NCBI GenBank assembly: GCA_051294375.1
Contig: CM119271.1
Span: forward strand, 2,699,490 to 2,724,094
Length of the DNA: 24,605 nt
Direction: 5' to 3'
From: Paraspadella gotoi
Taxonomy: Eukaryota > Animalia > Chaetognatha
Shown: positions 11,253-21,726 of the stretch, piece after piece
How the letters are laid out: every line of letters begins with the position of its first letter
Position numbering within the stretch: position 1 is the stretch's first letter
The notes under the pieces: model-generated
What the model saw: the letters and a program-made list of their open reading frames with translations, nothing else
Databases searched by the model: none
Told to the model about the DNA's origin: nothing
Made by a program: the position numbers and the translations under genes

Positions 11253-14200
11253 TACCAGTGGACCCCGTAATCTTGCAATTTGGCGACAAAGACGAACATG
11301 ACTGCGAAGCAAAAAGCGGAGGCGAACGCCGTCGCGTAACCAAGAGTCGCGTTGGGAAAAGCTAAGAATAACAACAACAACAAATACAAATTTTAATGCA
11401 CGTTTCATTCAAAGACGATCGCCCTTTTTTTTCTCAGAACGCCCCATTTCATCTAAAAATAACATTCTTTTTTTTTTTTTTTTATTAAATTAGGTTAGGT
11501 ATTAGGATAGTGATTAAGGTTAGAGATTAGGTTCGGGGTTAGGGATTGGGGGATTAAAATTAGGGTTCATGTTTAAGATTTTGTTAGGGTTTGAGGGATA
11601 TAGGCTAGAGGTAATCTAAATATTATAGTAAAAAAAAATTTAATTTCGGGATTTAAAGGAACGGAAATGGGTGGCTTTGGTAAAAGAGAGTCGAAATATC
11701 TTCGTCTCCCGCCTACCGCCTCCCTGCCCACACACACGCTCCACATCGAACCCGGCGCGTTGTCGTCGTGCCCGACGCCGAAGAGGAATTCGGGCTGGCA
11801 AACGAGCACGATGCCGACCAGCGCCGAGCAGATGCAAGCCGCGTGAACCGGACTCAGCCAGCGCCGCTCTACGATCGAAAAGAGAACCGCCGTCCAGATC
11901 AGGTCCATGTCCCAGAGAGTGACGGCGTCGCCTGTCGTGATTAAGGAAATTAATTATCGATAAGCGTTACGATAATTAGCGTCGTATTCGGTATTAAATG
12001 TTAAGCGACGGCCAATTTATTTCAACTTTAAGAATGAGAAATGATCATTTGATAACATTTACCGATGGGGGCATTTTGCATCGCGTAAAAGACGCAGCCG
12101 TATCCGAGAATTTCGAAGCAAGGCTCGATAACCATGAGGCAGCGAACCTGAAAGAGTTGAGAAAACAAAACTTTGGTGCCCAAAGGGGAAAAAAAAATTT
12201 ATACAGAAGTTATCGCGATTCTCTGCGCTTATATTGGGAGGTCCAGCAATAAAGGGACTAACTTCGAGTACTTACAGCACAAAAACGGTTTTTCATAGAG
12301 GAAAAAAGGGATTGTATTTGGAAACTAAATTTCCTTTTGATTGATATCAAAAACGTCTGGAAAATCCAACAGAAAATACTGTAATTATTGTAATGTGTTA
12401 GTGACAGAACCGTTCAATATAAGCTGTCCCTGAGCTTCGGATCAGGGTGTAACACCGTGTTACAGGCGGGTTAAGCGTCCCGTCCCTCTTAACTGCTAGG
12501 CGACCACCGGGCTAGAACCCGGGACCTTTTAGGTTGGGAGGCGAATGACTTGCCTCCGTCACCAATGGCCACAGATGAAAGGTTGGTGGATTTTTAGTCC
12601 ACCATAGCTTTTTACATCATATCTCAAAATTCTTTGCACCGCTTCGTTACAAAATTTTGGGAAAAATTTGCCAAAAAACAAGATGAAGAATTGTGAATCC
12701 TGAGTTTTGGCCGCGCAATTTTCATACGATTATTTTTTTTTATTTACCCGTCAAAACGAATTTTTTTAAGTTAGTCCCAAAAGAGCTGGACCTCCCTGTA
12801 AGAAAAAAAAATTAGTTATGTTATTTCGATATTATTTTATTCACGATGAATGACTTTTACTGAGAATTAATGACGGGATGTGACTTTTTCTTACGAACTA
12901 ATTTTGATTTCTTGACCTGATTTCGACAAGTGACTTGATTTTTAGGTTTATATTATGTATTTCTGTCTTATGACTTTATTCTGATTCATAATGTACGTAA
13001 TTCCGGCCATATTTTCCAACAACACCCCAATCATCTTAAATTAGGAGTTAATTAGGGATGAAGGTCAGGGACTTGAGTTTAGAGGTTAGAGATTCTGGTT
13101 AGGGATTAGGGTTGGGGATTGGGTCCCTAGTTTAGTAAAAGGTTAGCGTTTAATTATTCGGGGTAAAATAAAGTTCTGGAACAGAAAGAGAGCGCTATAT
13201 TTACGCTTATTTTTTTTTCTTTTCATGGGATTTATAATTTTAATCATCCTTTCGTATTTTCTGAATCTTTGTTTTTGTTTTTGCTTAATTTAGTTGGAAA
13301 ATAAATTTAAACAATTAGGAATAAAAACTTGAAATAAAAAGTCTTGATAAAAGGTCGAATACTGAATAGCTTATACAAAAGGTATATTTTTCAAATTTTT
13401 TTTTTTCAAATTTTTTTTCATTTATAAGAATATAAATCAGCGTAAATCGTATTAATGAATGCAAAACAACGACGACGGCGATAACAACCACGACGACAAC
13501 ATCAATAACGTTAACACAGGACGTAATGAGGACGTTTCTCTGTTTCATCTTTTGTCTTCGTCTCTGCAACGGATCATCCAGTCTCCCTCCTAATCTTACT
13601 TCTAGTCTCGCTCCTAATCTTACAACCAATCTCCCTCTTCCTACTTCTACAGAGGTATAGAAGTTGGTTAAGGGAGTTAGGATGATGACTTTTCGTGGTA
13701 CACAGTTTCAATGAACCATAAATTTTTTAGTCTTCCTGAGTATAAATTTGAAGACTAAAAAATTTTAAAAAGCGTGAAAAAGTAATCAAATCTGTAGTAT
13801 ATAAAGACTTTTTTCTAAATTGGAGGATGTTTATGTTGATCAATGCTTTTTGGCTCTCTTTTCCGAAAGCCCTAAACCTTAATCTCTAACCTTAACCCTA
13901 ATCCTTAACCTAACCCCTAAACTAATCCTTGATTTATTTTTAACCTAATTCTAAAATATAAAACTGATTTAATTAAAATTTAAGATGAACTAGGGCACTT
14001 TGGGAAAACAAAGTCGGCTTTATTTATGTGATCATGTAACTGCACATTTTGCATTAATAAACAAAACATGATACTTTCCCCCCAGAAATTAATGTAATTG
14101 ATGCAATATTAACCGAGTTATGAGCATTTACAATGATAGACAAATAGATAGAAAAATGGACGGACTTACTGACTGAAAACCAACAGAGCAGATGTGACTT

Positions 14201-15311
14201 GAGCTACTCTGCTATTACAAACAGCATATCTAAAAACCGTTTTATAGAAGTTATGGTGGACTAAAATCCAACAACCGTTCATCAGCGGCCATTGGTGCCG
14301 GAGGCAATTCATTCGCCTCCCAACCCAAAGGTCTGGGGTTCTAGCCCGGTGGTCGTCTGGCAGTTAAGAGAGACGGGGCGCTTAACCCGCCTGCAACATG
14401 GTGTTACAGCCTGATCCGAAGCTCAGGGACTGCTTATATTGAACGGTTCTGTCATTAACACTTATCAATAATTACTGTCTCTTCAAAGTCTTAATTATGG
14501 ATGAGGATTTTTAAAATTTTATAGGAAGTTGAACATTTGCTCTGATTTTGGTGTGGTTTTCTTAATTGATCGAGTTGTTAAAAATTTACCTTTCAAGAAG
14601 TTTAGTTCATACTGTTCATATTTGTTCTATTATAAGTATCTTGGTTTTAATGGCTATTCATCAATTTTTTTAATATGTTATTGTAAAGCTAGCCTAATTG
14701 CTTATAATTTTATAGTATTTTTTTTATTTAAATCAATTAGAATTTTTATAGATTTTTAATTTTTATAGCTTACAAATAATATAAACAAGTTTTAATTCAA
14801 ATCTATTAAGAATATAAAAAAAATATATATTTCATTTGCTAAACCAATTTAATGTCAAAAAAGCCACCTAAAAAAGCTGAATACAATTTTTTTTCTGTTT
14901 TAATTGTTCCAATCGCTAAACGCCTTCAGGATTCGGATTATGACTTAACTTGCAAAAACTGTGACGTGGCTAAAAATGAATTAATGTGCAGAATAGATGC
15001 AGGTAAATTTTTTTTAAAAAAATTTTAAATTAGGCTTTTAAAATTTAATATTGTAGGATATTCACTTGTTAAGAATTTCATAGCTGATAGCAGGTTTAGC
15101 TTGATGAATAAATAAATATTATAGTCATAGTTTTAACTGAGTCCGTTTTTGTTATTGCTAGGATATGGAATGAAAAGTAAATGTTACTTAATCGAAGATT
15201 GCATCGGAGATTGTCAAGATGAGTTTCGAAATTGCTTTTGCTGTCCTAATAATTGGGTGAGTCTCACATTATGATTATTAATATTATTAATTATTATTAT
15301 TATTATTATTA

Positions 15312-15400
<89 letters not shown>

Positions 15401-18400
15401 GTATTGTTATGTTATAAACTTTCTTTTCGTTGTGTAGTAGGATTAGAGAAAAGTTAATTTCGACAACATTTTTATGTTGCAGATATGTTTCGGGTTGCGT
15501 TTAAGCCTTCATCAGCGTTAAATTTAGTTTTAAGTCGGATCTCCTTACAGCAGATTTCGGCTATATAATTCACTTTGTAGGTCCGTCCGTCCACCTCTCT
15601 AATCTTGTCGGTCATTCACTTATATCATGTCAGAACATCGAATTATGATGAATTATGCAAAAACAAGTTTGAGCAAACAATGCTGGATCTGCCCACGATC
15701 ATTTTCGGTAATTAATTAAATAATAATTAATTAATTCAAGTTAATTAATTAGGCAATTAATTTATTAATTTGATCCGAAATGTTTGTTTTGTTTGATTAA
15801 TTGACTGATTAATTAATTAACTTGAATTAATTAATTATTAATTAATTGATTAATTAACTGAATAATTATTTGATTAATTAATACATCTTGCATTTACATT
15901 TAATATAAAAAGAAAAAGAAGCATAATCAATTAGCAAAACAGGTTTTTTTTATTTTTTCCATTTAAACTCCTTTCCACTCAAACGATTCCATCGAAACTT
16001 GATTTTCAGCTTAATCATACACTTTCTTACCCACATACAAAATTTCAGGTCAATCGCCCCATCCACTCATGAGTAATGGGTGTTCAAATAGTAAAATATA
16101 TTTTTTGTTTTTTCCATTTAAACTCATTTCCACTCGGACGATTCCATCGAACTTCATATCTAGCTCAATCACACACTTTCCTACCCACACACAAAATATA
16201 AACACAATCTATCCATCCAATTATGATTAATTAGAGTTAGGGTTAGGTTAAATTTTAGTAAAATTTTAGTAAATGCGACTTATGTTTTTTCCATTTAAAC
16301 TCATTTCCACTCACACGATTCCATCGAAACTTTATATCCAGCTTCATCACACACTTTCCTACCCACACACAAAATTTCATTCCAATCCAACCACCCAATC
16401 ACGAATTATTGGAGCTTTTTGCTAAGGTGGGACGGACGGACGGACGGATGGACTGACAGACGGACTGACGGATGGACGGACAATATTTTTTTGGGCATAA
16501 TTTATCATAATTCGATGTTCTGACATGATGTAAGTGAATGCCCGACAAGATTGAGGGGGCGGACCGACGGACCGACAAAGTGAATTATAGAGTCGGGATC
16601 TGCTGATAAGCGGATCTGACTAAAAATGATGTTCGTCCATCTGTCTCTCTGTCTGTCTGTCTTTCTGTCTGTTCACCTGTCTGTCTGTCCGTCCGTCCGT
16701 CCCACCATAGTAAAAAAAAACCAATTACTCTTGATTTGATGGATGGATTGGAATGAAATTTTGTGTGTGGGTAGGAAAGTGTGTGATTGAGCTGGAAATC
16801 AAGTTTCGATGGAATCGTCCAAGTAGAAAAGAGTTAAAATGGAGAAAAACAATCTATTTCACTATTTGATTATGCTTTTTTATTTTTATATTAAATGTAA
16901 ATTCAAGCTGCATTAATTAATTATTAATAAATAAGTAATTAATTATTAATTATTTGTAATTAATTAATTAATTACTTAATTTTGTGATCAAGATTGTTGT
17001 TTTGTGATTGAGAGGCGAGACAAAGTGGAAAACAATTTTGACACATGTGCAAAAGAAGAGAGAGAGAGAGAAAGAAATTGAGAGAGATGTTATTCGCATA
17101 ATTAATATAAAAATAAAAATTAAATTAAAAAATTAAAATTGATTTCTTATTTTTCTATTTAAACATATTTCCACTAGCTTGTTTCCATTGAAACTGGAAT
17201 TAACCACAGAACCGACAAAGTGGATTATAGAGTCGGAATCTGCTGATCCGACTAAAAATGAGTTTTTCTTCTGAAAAATAAAAATCGTTGTCAGAATTAA
17301 TTTTCAAACTTTTCTCTAATCTTATGTATTGTTATAATTGATAAGAATTATATTATTATTATTATTATTATTATCATTTAGTATATTGTTAGTATAATTA
17401 TTATTAATTAATTATTTTAATATTATAGTATTATTGTAATATGTATTCCGTAAAAACTGCGTCATTCCCTTATGGTATCTCTCTTCACATTCATGGACTG
17501 AAGTAGTTTTTAATACGAATTCACCATTTCCAGAATCTTTCTAATAACTCTTTTACCTGCTCCGAATTCTGGACGGAGAGCATAAAACATATCCGGACTC
17601 TTTACTGTGCCAATGGAACACAGCCTTTTAAAATGTGTCGGGGGATTCCACCCTTCTTTTCCCCATGGTGCGGAGTGGACAAGGAAAAGTAAGTTTTATG
17701 AAAGTTGCAAAATTACTTTTTTCACTATCTTTATTTTTTTACTTTTTAGATTAAAAATATATATCCCTCGTTGTTTGTTCTTTTTTGTTCTTTGTTATTA
17801 CTATCGCATTGAATTTCAGAGTATGCGGCATGAAATTAACTTCTGGTAAAGTGAAATACTATTAAAAGAGGCTAATCCATCATCCGCACCGCAATCGACT
17901 TAGCTCGATCGGTTTGAACTAAAAGCTCAGGCAACGATAGTTAGACGGGATAGTTTACCCACCGGGAAAGATGGGTATCTGGTTAAAAGTTGTATCTGAC
18001 CAGTCATCAGGTAAAAGAGGTAAGGAAAGGAGTCTAATAAGTCTAAAGTCAAACAAGGTCGGTTATACAGGGCGGGACCCTCTATCGAGACAAAACTTCA
18101 TGACCTGCCCTGTCTTAACGATTTGAGATACAATAATAAAATGCGTGGCAAAAGTTTTTTATAGCTTTTTATTTTTATATAAAATGAAAAAAAAATGTTT
18201 AAGCAAATACAAGGCGTCGTAGATTTTTCATTGTATTGCATATGATAAAAGCCATACTTGTTAATATTTTCAGTTGTCGTTTCTGAATATGACAGTGTTA
18301 TGATTCAGGAAGATTTTAACGAATATGCTAAAATCGTTCAATACTTTATGGATTTGTTACATTTTTGACACTTACATGATTAATTTAATCTTTTGATAAA

Positions 18401-20772
18401 TCTTTTGATAAAAGTAAGTTTTAATAGAAATAAAACCATAACAGTAACTTACCCGTACCTTGCCGGCTTACTTCAATTTTTTTTTCCAGAAGGCTTATTA
18501 TACTATAAATAAGTACTTCCAAAAATATTTTTAACTGTTATGTCTTGGAATGAGATTAAACAATAATTAAACAATAAACAATAATTAAATAATTAAACAA
18601 TAATTAAACAATAATTAAACAATTAAACAATTTTTTTCCAAACCACGCGGAGAAAACACTACAAAAAAGCATTATATTAAAGAATTTCAAAACGATTAAT
18701 ATATCGTTTAAAAGCTAAGAAAGAGTATTATACAAATATTTATTCAGATTTTAAAAATCATTAAGAGTTTTAGGGTAATGAATTATATTCAAATTAGTGA
18801 ATACTAATCTGAATTGATTTATCTTTTTTATTTATTGTAATAACCCAGTCAGCTTAAGTTGTATTAATAATATTTAAAAACCCTATATACACGGATTTTA
18901 AATGGGAGTGAAATGAAAGGATCAAATACTGTGGCTAAATGATTTGTTATAGCAACTTCAGATTTTGCACTCTGGTAGAAAAAACGCTGACGTTTTTTAT
19001 TTTCAAACTTCCAGTAAGCCAGCTTGCTTACTTTCTTAGTTATGGGCTCATCAATGGCATGGTCGAATTTAAAAACGTAATTTTTTTTGCATTTGAATAG
19101 GACCTTCCTATTATAAGATATATTTTATGAAAAAAAGAAAAATGTTTGAAAATTTTGATTCATCTTAAAAATATTGGAGTATGTGTCTGAGTAATCAGAA
19201 TGTCAAAAACTTTTTCACAACTACAATGACAGCCATTTTCATTTTATAGGTTTTCTAGTTAAAACTTATAGAAAAAAAATTTCAGCTTTGACATTATACA
19301 CACTAATAAATGTAAAAGAAATTAAAATTTTAATCTCAATTTTTTTCACAATGAGTATAAAATTGAATTATCAAATAAGAGGGGAAAAATGTTGCAAAAA
19401 AAGCTGCTATGATGTAAAGTATTATCAATTTGCTTTATAGGAACTTAAACGTCAGGGAATTTTCTAACTAATGAAATGAACAAATATTAATCACATTCAG
19501 TCAGTTAAAAGTTATAACAATTCTTTTCATTTCACTCCCATTTGGGCCACTATTTTTTAAGGTCTAAGTCATATTAAAAAAAAAAAAAAAATTAGTGAGC
19601 GAGTTATTTTTTGTTTGAAATATGATGAAATGTGTTATGCCCGGAAGAAACTTTGTTTTTACGATTTTCTACTGTTATTTTTATGCTAAATATAAGTTCA
19701 AATACTGCTACAAAAAACAAAACAAAAAAAAACCCCAAAAAACTCAAATTTGGTTAATTTGACATCACGTTTCGTTGACTGATTGAATCCTCTTTCTCTT
19801 GTTTCATTATTTCCCAGCAATGAACGCAACTGCTTCAATTCTCCCGCTGCCTGCGCCGCCGCCGGCAGCTGCTGCTGTCAGACGGACGATTGCAACACGG
19901 ACTTCATGACTTGCCGGGATCAAACATATTCCTCGCTGGTGCCGAATTCCGGCGCCGTTATCGCCCCTTCCTTCATCGTCGCCTTTGGCGTCTTTCTCGA
20001 TATTATCGTCAACGCCTTCAGCGGCGTGTTTTACCAGGTTGGCGTCAGTGTCTCTAGCGACATCTGCCGCATTGGGAAAGTCGCTCACAAAGCGACGTTC
20101 CCAGCCTTCGCTTGCGTCCTCCTCGTCGCCATCGTCAGTGGCGGCGCTGATTTCGTCGCGGCGACGATCGCCCTCGACAATATCGTCGTCGTCGTCGTCG
20201 TCGTCGTTCGACACGCTTTCGACGCCGCTGCGATCATTGGCGGGAGAAAGAGGATATGGCGGAACAGGTTGAAAACTAGAAGTCCTCTCAAATAAATAAT
20301 GGTTAAGTGGACTGTTAGAGAATATGAAAATGAAAAAATAATTTCTAAAATTTAGCTTATTGATAAACGCCGGAAGCATTTAAAAGATTATTTTATTACT
20401 AAAGTTTCAAATTTTAAAAAAAAAAAAATTAATCATTTTTTTTCTAATGAATCTGATAGGGTTTTATAAGTTAGATAAAGGTTATTAATAAAAGTTTTTA
20501 AAATTTTATTTAGAAATTGACAAAGTTTTTGTTTGCAACGAATTTTATTTATAGTTGAACAGACATGTTTCGACTTGTGTTTACAAGTCTTCATCAGCGT
20601 TTTGACAGAATGGTTTAAAATTTGTGCATAAGAAGAGAGAGAGAGAGAGAGAAGAGAGAGAGGAGAGAATAGGGAAAAGTTTTCCAACAAAGTGTGAGAC
20701 AGAATAGTGGTCAGATGAGAGGACAGTCAAGGTGAGGACAGATTGAATAAGTTGTGAAAGAAGGTGAAACTT

Positions 20773-20811
<39 letters not shown>

Positions 20812-21530
20812 ACAGGAATAAATAAATAATAAATGATACATTGTGCAATGTACAACAAATGATGCTTTGAAACTAAAATTAGTAAATTTAAACATTGTAT
20901 AGTGGATAAATAGTTAAGGGATAGAAAGTGAAAATGAAATGAAATTTGTGAAAAATGAAATTGAGAATTTTAAGTGTTAAGTAAATGATTAAAATGAAAT
21001 TTAAGGAGTAAGAAAGAGCTCAAAATGAGCTGGCCCCCTTGGTTTATGCATGAAGGGCAATGGACGCATGGGACGGGTCATTGCGGTTCAGTGGCTGAGC
21101 GAGAGAGTGCGACTGAACCGGTAAATTCTGCACCGGGGATTCTAACCAGGCGAAAAATTCCAATGCCACTCTTATGTCTCTCTGACCTGATACGCTGCCG
21201 GCTGCCTCACTCTCGCCTGCTGGCGAGGTGGGCGATTGTTCTATTTTTTTGCCACTTCTTTGCGAGCAGGGATGATAGACTCCTCTCCTTCCTCCTGAAG
21301 CCATCCGTTTTTGGGCGACGCTCATTTTGAGCTCTTCTTACTCCTTAAATTTCATTTTAATCATTTACTTAACACTTTAAAATTCTCATATTTCATTTCA
21401 CAAATTTCATTTCATTTTTCACTTTCTATCCTTAACATTTATCCACTATACAATTGTTAAATTTCTACTAATTTTAGTTTTCTTTGTCTTGTACATTGCA
21501 CAATGTATCATTTATTATTTATTTATCCCT

Positions 21531-21566
<36 letters not shown>

Positions 21567-21694
21567 AGTTTCACTTCTTTTCAAACTTATTCAATCTGTC
21601 CTCACCTTGACCTGTCTCTCATCTGACCACTATTCTGTTCTCACCACTTTGTTGGAAAACTTTTTACCATTCTTCTCTCTCTCTCTCATCTCTC

Positions 21695-21726
<32 letters not shown>

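Larger units (their letters stand above)
15441..17321. mobile_element. Inverted-end element related to the 20.5 kb foldback, filled with nested Helentron/DINE-1-like repeats
   Basis: The left end gattagagaaaagtt..aatttcgacaacatttttat matches the reverse complement of the right end ataaaaatcgttgtcagaatt...aacttttctctaatc. The left end continues into the hammerhead-like motif. Confidence 0.55.

Noticed and set aside
11491-11610. True telomere or fusion site
   Set aside because: Degenerate, short, intronic and bounded by shared element ends.
12470-12560. HDV-like ribozyme suggested by GGCGAATG and GCCTCC
   Set aside because: The nested double pseudoknot could not be assembled; the strings are explained by the antisense tRNA-like sequence.
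12500-12572. Functional tRNA-Gly gene (also 14285-14357)
   Set aside because: The anticodon stem does not pair, the T-loop is 6 nt, there is no oligo-T terminator and the copies differ; treated as a tRNA-derived repeat.
15950-16415. Regularly spaced repeats resembling a CRISPR array
   Set aside because: Units are about 125 bp of continuous homology in eukaryotic intron DNA, with no unique spacers or cas genes.
21025-21330. 101-aa and 93-aa ORFs in the foldback spacer
   Set aside because: Both begin at the ATG duplicated in the arms and have no recognisable motif or codon bias; the sequence quality is doubtful.
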